35,063 nt of DNA. Source: a bacterium (GTDB lineage: Bacteria > Hinthialibacterota > Hinthialibacteria > Hinthialibacterales > Hinthialibacteraceae). The translations under genes were made by a program, and so were the position numbers. This document shows, piece by piece, positions 8,911 through 18,604 of this stretch. Each line of letters starts with the position of its first letter. Position 1 is the stretch's first letter. Under the pieces are notes generated by a model. That model saw only the letters and a program-made list of their open reading frames with translations. It was not told where the DNA came from and searched no databases. The DNA lies in NCBI GenBank assembly GCA_963663405.2, contig CAXXSM010000074.1, positions 1-35,063 on the forward strand, given 5' to 3'.

Positions 8911-10185
8911 TCATTTTCCCTGCGCTTTTTCAATTTTCGCTTTGCATTCTAAATAAATCTGCCCCCGCAATCCATGTCCCTTCTCCCCCGGACGCACCCA
9001 GAAGGGGCAGAGTTGTTCGCAGAAATCGAAGCCGTCATAAAAATTGAACGCGGATCGTGGGCCTTCTTCCCGCTGCGTGATCCCGAACGTAAGGCTGTAC
9101 GCGCCTTCCAAAAGATTCAGGTTTTCGATCTGGAACGAGGCGGTCCCACGCCCTTCGATCAATTCTATATCACCGAACGTAACATCAGTCGCAGCAGTAT
9201 AGATCGGCTCTCCCTCATCCGAGACAATCGACATACCGAAGATCGGATAATCAATCGGCTGTTTCGCGGCCCATTCAAACTCGATACGGACCGGCTCACC
9301 CGTTTCGTAGATGTACCGCTCCGCGCCTGCGCCGTCGAACATCCGGACGCGGGTAAATCGGATTTCAAACGTCCCAAACCGGTTGCGTTTCACAATCTCG
9401 GCGGAAAGCGCTTCCCCCCGGCGGCGCGCTTCTTCAAATTGATGCTGTTTATACAGCCCGATCATTTCATACGGATGCCCATCTCCAATGACCTTCCCCC
9501 GGTGAAGAACAACCGCCCTACTGCACAATGTCAAGATCGCATCCAGGTCGTGAGTGACTACAATTATAGTTTTACCGGAATTGCGAAGGTACCGAATATG
9601 GTCCTTACACTTGCGTTGAAACCGCTGATCGCCGACCGCAAGGATCTCATCCACCAAAAGAATACCCGGCTGCACGTGGACGCCGATGGCGAAACCAAGA
9701 CGCAAAAACATGCCGGATGAATAATGCTTCACCGGTGAATCGATAAATTCCTCCAATTCGCTGAACGCGATAATCTCCGGCATCCGGCGTGTCAGTTCGC
9801 TTTTAGAGATCCCCAACAGCGCCCCGGATAGGTAGACATTTTCCCGCCCGGTCATATCCGGATGAAATCCGACGCCCACCTCCAAAAGACTCGACACAGT
9901 TCCATTGACTTCAATAGTGCCTGATGTAGGCGAGGTAATCCCCGCGATTAATTTAAGAAGCGTGCTCTTCCCGGAACCATTGTCACCGATTAAGCCCACG
10001 ATCTCACCGGAAAAAATGGTCAGATCGATCTCCTTAAGCGCTTCGATATGGTTCACAGCGAGTTTACCGCGTCCACCGCGAAGGATCTTCTCCTTCCAGG
10101 TCGACGCCTTTTCCGCCGAGAGCGTGAAAGTCTTGCTCAAGCCCCTGCATGCGATCGCCGTATGTAATTTTCGTTCGTTTTGCAT
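8911..10185 (-). CDS. wzt: Polysaccharide ABC exporter ATP-binding protein with C-terminal carbohydrate-binding (Wzt_C-like) domain
   Basis: Walker A GDNGSGKST, YSSGM signature, LLVDEILAVGD Walker B, and a beta-rich C-terminal extension typical of Wzt/RfbB. Confidence 0.88.
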   Translation of the reverse strand: MQNERKLHTAIACRGLSKTFTLSAEKASTWKEKILRGGRGKLAVNHIEALKEIDLTIFSGEIVGLIGDNGSGKSTLLKLIAGITSPTSGTIEVNGTVSSLLEVGVGFHPDMTGRENVYLSGALLGISKSELTRRMPEIIAFSELEEFIDSPVKHYSSGMFLRLGFAIGVHVQPGILLVDEILAVGDQRFQRKCKDHIRYLRNSGKTIIVVTHDLDAILTLCSRAVVLHRGKVIGDGHPYEMIGLYKQHQFEEARRRGEALSAEIVKRNRFGTFEIRFTRVRMFDGAGAERYIYETGEPVRIEFEWAAKQPIDYPIFGMSIVSDEGEPIYTAATDVTFGDIELIEGRGTASFQIENLNLLEGAYSLTFGITQREEGPRSAFNFYDGFDFCEQLCPFWVRPGEKGHGLRGQIYLECKAKIEKAQGK

Positions 10186-10197
10186 GGATATATGTAT

Positions 10198-11682
10198 TTA
10201 TTCGTTCCCCTTCGCGCACCGATGCCTAGCCTCATGTATCCGATCCCATACCTTGATCCGCCAGCGTTCAATTGAATTGTATTCACGCTTCAAGGCGTGG
10301 ATATGGTTACAAACTTCCTTAGGATTGGGCGCGCCGATATGCTCGCGGGATTCAACGCAGGATGATGGATCATTAAGGCGGTCAAACTCATCTTGTTTGA
10401 GCGGTTCTACATTCTTATCCCGCAGAAGCTGATTCAAATCCTCAAAATCAAAACAACCTTCCTTCGCCATACCCACCGCGTCCGAGAGAATATGATAGGT
10501 CTCGCGGAAAGGAAGCCCCCGCGAACGAGCCAAATGATCAGCGAGATCGACCGCGTTGAGAAATCCACTGCGCGAAGCGGCCTCCATCCGGTCCGTGTGT
10601 ACCACCAATCCACGAACCACATCCGCGAGAAGAACCGCCGCTCCAGCTCCTTCCCGCGCGGCGTCCATGAAGAGATACTTGGTCCACTGCGCGTCTTTGT
10701 TATAGCCCGATAGGTTGCAGGCGTCGATCGAGAGGAGCGCCTGCGCGTAGCCGTGGATGGAATGGAATTTCCCCTTAATCGCTTCCGCAAAATCAGGATT
10801 GCGCTTCTGGGGCATGATCGAACTGCCCGTCGTGAAGTCCGCAGGCAGGCTGAGATACCCAAATTCTTCGGTGGAAAAAAGAATCAAATCTTGAGATAGA
10901 TTCGACAACCGTTTCAAGAGCATAAGGATCGCATGCGCGATCTCCGCCTCCGCCTCCCCCCGCGAGGAGACCGCGTCGAGTGTATTGACCTGAACCCCGT
11001 CAAACGCAAGCAGTTCAGCAGTCAATTTACGATCCAGCGGCCAAGTCGTTCCATAAGACGCCGCCGCTCCGAGTGGGCAGGTGTTAACGAGCGCGTAGAG
11101 ATCCTTCAACCGCCCTGCGTCACGCAGCAATCCCTGCGCGTACGAAAGAAGCCAATGCCCCCACGTCGTCAACGTGGCTTTTCGATGGTGAGTATACCCC
11201 GGCATGACAGCCGCCGCATATTCACGCGCGCTGGAAAGCAAAGAAGCGCCCAAGGCTTCAATCTCTTCAACAAACCGCAGAATCACTTCCCGCGCGAAGA
11301 GTTTCATGTCCGTAGCGGCTTGATCGTTGCGGCTGCGTCCACTATGCAGACGACCGCCGATTTCTCCCCCGCAGCGTTCGCTGACGTATGACTCGATATT
11401 AATATGAACGTCTTCCAATTGGGGATCGAGCGTCCATGAGCCGGTCTTCCATTCGCGCTCCAAACGGTTCAACGCTTGGAGGACCTTCTTTAATTGACCG
11501 GTGGAGTATACGCCAATCCCACGCAGCGCGATCGCATGCGCTTGATTCGTCCAAAGATCGTAGGGCACAAGAAGCGAATCCGCCTCAACCAAAGGGACGA
11601 CATCCCGCCCGGCGGCGAATGCGACGAACGCCTCCCGCGCCGAACCTTTAGCGTCACTATGCCAGATGGGTTTCTTCACCAT
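10198..11682 (-). CDS. argH: Argininosuccinate lyase
   Basis: EDVHINIE, LHSGRSRNDQ, MPGYTH and the TGSSIMPQKRNPD fumarase/ASL signature. Confidence 0.93.
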   Translation of the reverse strand: MVKKPIWHSDAKGSAREAFVAFAAGRDVVPLVEADSLLVPYDLWTNQAHAIALRGIGVYSTGQLKKVLQALNRLEREWKTGSWTLDPQLEDVHINIESYVSERCGGEIGGRLHSGRSRNDQAATDMKLFAREVILRFVEEIEALGASLLSSAREYAAAVMPGYTHHRKATLTTWGHWLLSYAQGLLRDAGRLKDLYALVNTCPLGAAASYGTTWPLDRKLTAELLAFDGVQVNTLDAVSSRGEAEAEIAHAILMLLKRLSNLSQDLILFSTEEFGYLSLPADFTTGSSIMPQKRNPDFAEAIKGKFHSIHGYAQALLSIDACNLSGYNKDAQWTKYLFMDAAREGAGAAVLLADVVRGLVVHTDRMEAASRSGFLNAVDLADHLARSRGLPFRETYHILSDAVGMAKEGCFDFEDLNQLLRDKNVEPLKQDEFDRLNDPSSCVESREHIGAPNPKEVCNHIHALKREYNSIERWRIKVWDRIHEARHRCAKGNE

Positions 11683-11749
11683 AATTCCACCTCATTTGCA
11701 ATAGTGGAATTATACATGGGCGATTGAATGGAGAAAGCGGTTTAACAAA

Positions 11750-12865
11750 TTACCAAAGCATTAATTGCCGATCGGGCGTAGAAGATGAATCAGCGGATTC
11801 GGACTCATCCTCAAAACCAGCCGCTCGCACCCCCAACAAGCGGACAGCTCGATTCGTCAAATCGATCTCCTTGAGCAAATTGATCGCGATTTCAGCGATC
11901 TCTTTACTTACATTCACAGGATGATCCAAAGTTAATGCGCGGGTAGCCACTGTAAAATCTTCGAACCGGACCTTAATCCCAATGGTCCGTCCTTCCAATC
12001 CCAATTTATCCAACTGCGCAGCCACCTCCCCCGCGAGATAGCGCAGGAACTCATGCATTTTCGCAGAGTCCTTCAGATCGTGTGAAAATGTATGTTCCTT
12101 GGATAGCGATTTCCGTTTTCGCTCAACAATAACGGGATTGGGATCCACGCCACGCGCGAGTTCATGGAGCCGGGAGCCATGTTTGTTACCCAACGCTTGT
12201 TGAAGCGATTCAAGCGAATAGGATCGCAGTTCCCCCACGGTTCGTATCCCCATCGCGGTCAGACGTTCTTCCGTTTTCGAGCCAACACCGGGAATGATCC
12301 GCGTGGGCTGCGGCGTAAGAAACGCTTCAGCCTCTTGGGGATGGATCACAAAAAAACCATCCGGCTTGTCATAATCAGACGCGATTTTCGCGAGGAATTT
12401 ATTCGGTCCAATACCTACAGATGCCGTTAATTGCGTCTCCCGCTTAATCTCCGCTTTCAACCGCCGCCCCAACGATTCCGCTTCAGAGAACGCGCTTATA
12501 CTGGCGCTGACATCAAGATAGGCTTCATCCAGCGAGACAGGCTCTATGAGCGGCGTCAACCCCAGAAACTGTTTACGGATCTGTAAAGATACAGTTTTAT
12601 ACGCTTGAAAGTGGCAATCACGGCGAATCGCCTGGGGACAGAGACGAAGCGCCCGGATCATCGGCATGGCGGAACGGATACCGAATTTCCGCGCTTCATA
12701 CGAAGCCGCCGTCACAACGCCTCGATCGGCGGGACTGCCCCCGACCACGACTGGTTTCCCCCGCAGTTCGGGATGATCGCGCTGCTCGACGGACGCGAAA
12801 AACGCGTCCATGTCCACATGAATAATCGTACGTCCGATGGCCGGATCACCTCCCGGCGGTTCCAA
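11750..12865 (-). CDS. dinB: DNA polymerase IV (Y family)
   Basis: IIHVDMDAFFASVE, ASYEARKFGI, SLDEAYLD, KFLAKIASDYDKPDG; exact start uncertain. Confidence 0.95.
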   Translation of the reverse strand: MEPPGGDPAIGRTIIHVDMDAFFASVEQRDHPELRGKPVVVGGSPADRGVVTAASYEARKFGIRSAMPMIRALRLCPQAIRRDCHFQAYKTVSLQIRKQFLGLTPLIEPVSLDEAYLDVSASISAFSEAESLGRRLKAEIKRETQLTASVGIGPNKFLAKIASDYDKPDGFFVIHPQEAEAFLTPQPTRIIPGVGSKTEERLTAMGIRTVGELRSYSLESLQQALGNKHGSRLHELARGVDPNPVIVERKRKSLSKEHTFSHDLKDSAKMHEFLRYLAGEVAAQLDKLGLEGRTIGIKVRFEDFTVATRALTLDHPVNVSKEIAEIAINLLKEIDLTNRAVRLLGVRAAGFEDESESADSSSTPDRQLMLW

Positions 12866-12900
12866 TCATTTGAAACAAATAGAATAAATCGGCGGGCGTT

Positions 12901-13419
12901 TCAAGAATCGTAAACGGTAAGCGTATGAATGGGATGGGATTTCAGTTTCTCCCGTCCGCTCAAAAACGCCAATTCGACAACGAAAGAAACGCCTACAACC
13001 TGACAGGAGAAGTTTTTCAAAAGATTCAATGTCGCTTCCACCGTTCCACCCGTCGCAAGGAGATCGTCAACGATAACGACCGTTTCCCCCGCCGCAACGG
13101 CGTCTTTATGGATCTCAATCGTATCCTGCCCATATTCCAATTCATACGTGTGAGAATACGTGTCCGCTGGAAGTTTGTTAGGCTTACGGACGACAGCCAG
13201 TCCGGCGTTCAGTTTTAAAGCGAGGGGCGCGCCATAGATAAATCCACGAGACTCGATCGCGACGATTTTATCAATTTTCTTCCCTTCATACGGCGCGGCC
13301 ATAGAATCAATGGTCCATCGGAAAGCGTCTATATCCTGAACGATGGGTGTGATATCAATAAAATTGATTCCCGGTTTGGGAAAATCGGGAATGGTTCGCA
13401 GAATCGTTTTTAAATCCAT
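12901..13419 (-). CDS. apt: Adenine phosphoribosyltransferase
   Basis: IPDFPKPGINFIDIT, ESRGF, YELEYG and the PRPP motif VVIVDDLLATGGT. Confidence 0.96.
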   Translation of the reverse strand: MDLKTILRTIPDFPKPGINFIDITPIVQDIDAFRWTIDSMAAPYEGKKIDKIVAIESRGFIYGAPLALKLNAGLAVVRKPNKLPADTYSHTYELEYGQDTIEIHKDAVAAGETVVIVDDLLATGGTVEATLNLLKNFSCQVVGVSFVVELAFLSGREKLKSHPIHTLTVYDS

Positions 13420-13595
13420 TGAGTTCTCCTCACAAAATATAAATACAAATAGTCTTGATCGAATTCTTGCATAATTACAAAGAGGTAAATCAGAATAACA
13501 CTCTAAAAGAGGCGATGAAACCTGTCAAGATTGAACTTCCTTGCGTTCTTTTTCTTGACAGATGACGCAGCAGGCGATATCGTCCTCTGAGACCT

Positions 13596-15035
13596 ATGGA
13601 ACGCACAACTCTTCAACCCATATCCTCATCCCGGAACCGGATGGAATTCCTTCTCGGTTTCCTGGGATCTATTTTTTTAATATTAATCGCTCTTTTTATC
13701 CAATCACCGTTTCTTCTTTTTGGACTCGCCTTTGGAATCGCTGGAGCCGTTGTTTTTTGGTATTGGTACGAATACACGCCGATGGCGTTGATTCTTCTTC
13801 TTGCGTTTTCGGTGGAAATCCAAGTCACTGGGGCCACACGGCTGACCGTTCCGACCGAACCTTTTATTGTCTTGCTGTTTCTAATGGCGAGCGCCCAGCT
13901 CTATCGAAGGCCCAAAATTCATTATCACAGCTCGCCGCAGAATCGCGCGGTGATCTTCCTCTATCTTATCATGGTTTTAAGCTTGGTGATCTCCCAATCT
14001 CAGGTTAGCACAATCAAAGCGTTTATCCGCGATACAGGCTACATTGTGGCCGCCTATTATCTGATACCGCGATACATCGATTCGGAAAAACGCTTGAAAC
14101 AACTTGTCATTGGTTGTCTGATCGCGCATTCATTATTAACGCTCTATGGATTCGGCACACAAGCGGTGATGGGGATCCGAATCTATTCAAGAATCGCCAA
14201 TCCTTTTTTTATTGAGCACTGTATCTACGCCGCGTTTCTGGTCATCACATTCTCGTTTGTTCTCGCCTACTATTTAGATCTGTCATCAGGCCCTGTCAGG
14301 AACGCGTTGGGGATTATCACAGCGGTAATCGGCTGCGCGATTGTATTGACATTCGTGCGAGCGGCGTGGTTCAGTGTCGTCGTCCTACTGATTTATTATT
14401 TAACCCAGTTTCACAAACGCAAATCCGCCGTCGATTTGATTATAATTTTACTAATGTTTCTCATTGCCGGTCTTATCCTTTTGCTCACAACCGATCTCGG
14501 CACAATGTTTCTACAGCGCTTCGATACACTCACCGATCTTCATTACGTCGCCAATTACGATCGGCTCGATCGATGGATCGCCGCTTGGGAAATGTGGAAA
14601 GACAATCCGATTCTTGGCGTTGGCTGGGGCGCCTATCCCGACCTGTATCCGGACTACTCTCTTCTTCCCGGCGCCTATTCGAGCCAAATCCGCATGGGCG
14701 CGCATAATCTGTACTTGGAATTGATGGCGGAAACGGGGATCGTTGGAATTTCAGTCTTCTTCTATTTAATTTATACGTATTTCTACCAATCTGTTTTAAT
14801 TAAGAGACGCGCGCGCTCCTCTTTTTATCGTGTTTTCCTGATCGGTATGCAAGGCGCGATGATCACATACCTTATCCACGCCTTTTTAAACAACCTCGGC
14901 CCCTCCGATAAAATGGGTATCACATTCTGGTTTTTATTAGGAATGGTTCCAACAATGCGCTTTCTTGTCGATGAAGAAATCGAATCCCAACCAGTAGACG
15001 AATATTCCGAATCCCTCCAAGAAACCAACGAATAA
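13596..15035 (+). CDS. O-antigen ligase / Wzy_C family polytopic membrane protein
   Basis: Many hydrophobic segments; TFVRAAW, R...W...W.DNPILGVGWG and AHNLYLELMAETGIVG motifs. Confidence 0.85.
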   Translation: MERTTLQPISSSRNRMEFLLGFLGSIFLILIALFIQSPFLLFGLAFGIAGAVVFWYWYEYTPMALILLLAFSVEIQVTGATRLTVPTEPFIVLLFLMASAQLYRRPKIHYHSSPQNRAVIFLYLIMVLSLVISQSQVSTIKAFIRDTGYIVAAYYLIPRYIDSEKRLKQLVIGCLIAHSLLTLYGFGTQAVMGIRIYSRIANPFFIEHCIYAAFLVITFSFVLAYYLDLSSGPVRNALGIITAVIGCAIVLTFVRAAWFSVVVLLIYYLTQFHKRKSAVDLIIILLMFLIAGLILLLTTDLGTMFLQRFDTLTDLHYVANYDRLDRWIAAWEMWKDNPILGVGWGAYPDLYPDYSLLPGAYSSQIRMGAHNLYLELMAETGIVGISVFFYLIYTYFYQSVLIKRRARSSFYRVFLIGMQGAMITYLIHAFLNNLGPSDKMGITFWFLLGMVPTMRFLVDEEIESQPVDEYSESLQETNE

Positions 15036-15290
15036 ATCTACATCGAACGAGTCTTCAATAAAACAACATAAAAAAAGCAAAATCAAAGGTTTATACGAAT
15101 TCTATTAATCAAAACCTATGCTAGTCGGATTCGTCTATCATCGTGTTTCCAACCACTTCTTAACCACGGCTCAGCGAACTCATATCACAATTCAAACGCC
15201 GCAAATCCTACAGGACCATCCTTTTTAACGAAATATTAATTTTATCCTATTTTCGTAAACTTTTCCTCTATCCCGCCCGTATTATATAAC

Positions 15291-15372
15291 GAGAGATTTC
15301 CTAACCTACCGGGTAATGGTCTATCCATTACCTCCTCACCTTCCCCCGGTCCTCCCCGGGGGACTTTTTTTT
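15291..15372 (+). ncRNA. Candidate small RNA (two hairpins, CCUCC motifs, intrinsic terminator)
   Basis: Perfect hairpin GGTAATGG-TCTAT-CCATTACC (15312-15332), linker TCCTCACCT, then a terminator hairpin; AT-rich -10-like TATTATATAAC at 15280-15290. 5' end is an estimate. Confidence 0.45.
15342..15372 (+). terminator. Rho-independent terminator
   Basis: TCCCCCGG-TCCTCC-CCGGGGGA followed by C and T8. Confidence 0.85.
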
Positions 15373-15388
15373 ATTCATATAGAAAAAA

Positions 15389-16951
15389 CTAAATCGCAAG
15401 AGGCCACTCACTGATTTTCAAGTGATTGCGCAGAACTTGGAGAAAGAGATAAAGACCGGAAAAAACAATACTCTGGTAAAGAGTATACTGCAGAACTGGA
15501 ATGGAATAACGCAGGCGTACGGCCATAGCGCCTAATGTTAAAATCAAAGGAACCGTCAATCCTGAGAAAAGATCCCAATCCGCCGGATAGGCTCGGTCAG
15601 GGCGCCAGACGATGGTGTAGATAAGATAAAATCCCGCAAGAACGCATAACCATCCCTGTTCCGTATCCAATCCACGCCATTTCCGGGGTGAACTGAGAAT
15701 CATACAAAAAAGAAACAAGGCGCCGAGAGATAAACAGCTATATTCATTAAACGCGGTCAAATAGTAATTATAATCGAAATACGCGTCCAATGGATGAAAC
15801 ATAGCCGCGTCCGTCCCTACCAGCATCACTTGATCGCTCCAGAAATGCTCCCAGAGCAAACCGGGATCGCCTCCATATCCATAAAACAAGATAAATCCCC
15901 AAAAACAACAGACAACAGCAAAAAACACGAGTGTCTGCACGCCGATTTCATAGACAGCGAAGATGACACATCCTTGATTCCTTGATCTGAAGAGGGGAAG
16001 CAGAAGAAACGCTGGGAGCCACCACCCCGCGGAGAGATGAAGGCAGAAGAGAATCCCAAACATGAGTCCCAACGGCCAAACCGGCCATTCATCCCGCAGA
16101 TACCGGACGGCGCAGTATAGATAGAGAACCAGCCCAAGCTGAAGCAACGCATAAATTTCAATATTCCCAACAAAAACCTGTGTATACCCATAAGACGCCA
16201 AGACCAGCGCAAAAATAAATCCAGCGAATGGCTTGGGAACAAAATGCCAAACGATCCGCCAAAGAAAACCGATCGAAATCAAACCGCAGAGAATATTCAA
16301 AAGCGTGATACATCCATAGGGAGACCAATGAAAGACCTTCATACCAAAGAGAACCCATAACCGGAAGAGAAACGTTCCCAATGGTTCCCGCAAATACCGC
16401 ATCCAATTCTTCGGAAAAACACTGTGTTTAAGCCAATCGTACCCATCGGGTGACAGGTTTTGGCTGCGCAGCAGCCACATAACCATCCCAATGATCAGAA
16501 ATGGAACGATTAGTTTGCGCCCAAAATAGCCCCGCTGACGCAGCCACTCCCATCCAGCGGTGAAACCATCCCGTACAAGGGGATACATAGAAGGATGAAT
16601 AAGAAGCAACGCCGCCTGTGCCCAGACAATCCGCGTCAACACCGAAAACCAACGGGGCGTATAAAAAGCCCAGAACGAGCCCCCCAATTCATTAATCAAA
16701 CAAAAAACAATTAGAAACGATCCGATGAAAGACGGCCAAAAAATAAACTGCGAACCGTATTCGGAAAGACGTTCATTTTGCCGGAAAATCGTCGTCGTAG
16801 CGAGAATCAAGACGCAAGGATATACAAAAGGGGGCGTGGGTCCGCTCTGCGCCAATCCTCCAGAACTAAAAAAAAGGAGAACGATTTGTATGGTGAAAAG
16901 GAGGGCGTGAAGAATTAAATCCATTCGCAGTGGGGAGGCGGTTGATTTCAT
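15389..16951 (-). CDS. Polytopic membrane protein, possibly GT-C superfamily glycosyltransferase
   Basis: 520 aa, many TM-like segments; acidic loop motifs SPDGYDW, REPLG, IEIYAL and DWDLF reminiscent of ArnT/PMT/DUF2723-like proteins. Confidence 0.6.
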   Translation of the reverse strand: MKSTASPLRMDLILHALLFTIQIVLLFFSSGGLAQSGPTPPFVYPCVLILATTTIFRQNERLSEYGSQFIFWPSFIGSFLIVFCLINELGGSFWAFYTPRWFSVLTRIVWAQAALLLIHPSMYPLVRDGFTAGWEWLRQRGYFGRKLIVPFLIIGMVMWLLRSQNLSPDGYDWLKHSVFPKNWMRYLREPLGTFLFRLWVLFGMKVFHWSPYGCITLLNILCGLISIGFLWRIVWHFVPKPFAGFIFALVLASYGYTQVFVGNIEIYALLQLGLVLYLYCAVRYLRDEWPVWPLGLMFGILFCLHLSAGWWLPAFLLLPLFRSRNQGCVIFAVYEIGVQTLVFFAVVCCFWGFILFYGYGGDPGLLWEHFWSDQVMLVGTDAAMFHPLDAYFDYNYYLTAFNEYSCLSLGALFLFCMILSSPRKWRGLDTEQGWLCVLAGFYLIYTIVWRPDRAYPADWDLFSGLTVPLILTLGAMAVRLRYSIPVLQYTLYQSIVFSGLYLFLQVLRNHLKISEWPLAI

Positions 16952-16954
16952 AAG

Positions 16955-17890
16955 TCACTCACAGACCGCCCCTTCCGCCGGTTTGTGACCTCGCAGGAAT
17001 TCCGATGCGGACATAGCCCGCTTCCCGGCCGGTTGAAGTTCGAGAATTTCCACAATCGCATCCGCGGCGGCGATGCGGATCGTATTGAACGCCGTTGTAA
17101 CCAGTGTTCCAGGACGCGGTGGCGTCTCTTGGATCACCTCGGTCCGCAACACTTTCCATCGCTGCCCTTCGCAAGACGTAAACGCGCCGGGGAACGGATT
17201 AAATCCACGGATAAGATTATGTATCTCCCCGGCGCTTTTTGTCCAATCGATTCGCGCGTCTTCTTTGTTAATCAAAGGCGCGAAAAACTCGCATTCCTCT
17301 GGTTGAGGAACGCGGGGCGCTTTGCCTTCAGCGATATCGAGAAGAGACCGGACAACCAATCGGGCGCCTTTTTCAGCCAAACGGGGGGCGAGTGTTCCAT
17401 ACGTGTCGGATGGGAGAATCGGTTCTTCTTCTTGATAGATGATATCTCCCGTGTCCCACCCCTTATCTAGGTACATCGTAGTATTCCCGGTTCGTGTATC
17501 ACCACGCGCGATCGCCCATTGGATCGGCGCCGCGCCGCGATACATTGGCAGCAAGGAAGGATGCAGGTTCACACAACCGAACCGGGCCGCTTCCCGAATC
17601 GTTTTCGGCACAAAACCACCGTATGCGACAACGACAATCACATCCGGTTTATGCCGTTCCAACCAGGGCAATGTTTCCGGATCTTTCAATTTCTCCGGCT
17701 GTAAAAGATCGAGACCGTGTTCCTGTGCGAGTATTTTGACCGGTGAAGGTTGGAGTTTCTTCCCGCGTCCAGCGGGGCGGTCCGGCTGGGTCAGCGCGGC
17801 GGGTATTTCAACGCCCTTCGCTTCAATCAGCGCGCTAAGAGTGGGGACGGCGAATTCCGGCGTTCCAAAAAAGACGGCGCGTATCATCAT
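16955..17890 (-). CDS. fmt: Methionyl-tRNA formyltransferase
   Basis: FFGTPEFAVPTL, TQPDRPAGRG, NLHPSLLPMYRGAAPIQ; start reassigned to ATG 17890, just downstream of def. Confidence 0.96.
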   Translation of the reverse strand: MMIRAVFFGTPEFAVPTLSALIEAKGVEIPAALTQPDRPAGRGKKLQPSPVKILAQEHGLDLLQPEKLKDPETLPWLERHKPDVIVVVAYGGFVPKTIREAARFGCVNLHPSLLPMYRGAAPIQWAIARGDTRTGNTTMYLDKGWDTGDIIYQEEEPILPSDTYGTLAPRLAEKGARLVVRSLLDIAEGKAPRVPQPEECEFFAPLINKEDARIDWTKSAGEIHNLIRGFNPFPGAFTSCEGQRWKVLRTEVIQETPPRPGTLVTTAFNTIRIAAADAIVEILELQPAGKRAMSASEFLRGHKPAEGAVCE

Positions 17891-17903
17891 TCGAATCGTA
17901 TCT

Positions 17904-18404
17904 CTAGGCGGCGGCCATTTCCTGCAGTTTTCGATTAAATTGGGAACGTTCGGAATCACGCAGATGATCGACAAATAAAATACCATTTAAATGGTCAACT
18001 TCATGCTGAATCACACGGGCCAGCATCCCAGAAGCCTCGATTTCGAATTCTTCGCCGGTTTCCGGATGGTTGGCTTTGACTTTGATCTGGGTGGGCCGGT
18101 AGACTTCCGCCTCAATACCGGGGATAGAGAGACATCCTTCCTTCACAGTGTCCATTTCCTCATTTTTCCAGGTCAATTTTGGATTTATCAACGCGTACTT
18201 TTCCCCCGGTTCTTGTGTATCGACTACGATCACTTTTTTCGATATGCCTATCTGTGGCGCGGCAAGGCCGATCCCATCATTCTCGTACATGATCGTAAAC
18301 ATGAATTGAATCAGCTGACCAAGTTTTTTATCGAATTTCTTTACATACTTGGTCTTCTTTCTTAAAACTTCATCCCCATAGGTTCGAATTATCGCTTTCG
18401 GCAT
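17904..18404 (-). CDS. def: Peptide deformylase
   Basis: GIGLAAPQ, EGCLS and QHEVDHLNG motifs; GGAG RBS 7 nt before ATG 18404. Confidence 0.97.
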   Translation of the reverse strand: MPKAIIRTYGDEVLRKKTKYVKKFDKKLGQLIQFMFTIMYENDGIGLAAPQIGISKKVIVVDTQEPGEKYALINPKLTWKNEEMDTVKEGCLSIPGIEAEVYRPTQIKVKANHPETGEEFEIEASGMLARVIQHEVDHLNGILFVDHLRDSERSQFNRKLQEMAAA

Positions 18405-18604
18405 TGTCAATCTCCATCAAGCCGGATCAACCGGGAGACACATCGGGCGCCATGCGGTTGTCTAATCGATCTTACTGACTAAAATCATTGTATCCATTGT
18501 GAAAAAAGTCTGCAAGAACCAGCAAACCAGGAACGGCGATCCTTGGTTCGAAGCGCGTTTTAATTCCAATTCAACCGGAAGAAAACAGGAGGCTTTGTGT
18601 CATC

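Noticed and set aside
8974-9720. 248-aa + strand ORF
   Set aside because: It lies wholly antisense to wzt and has no recognisable motifs.
12866-13595. SOS/LexA box for dinB
   Set aside because: No recognisable LexA-type palindrome is visible upstream of dinB or apt.
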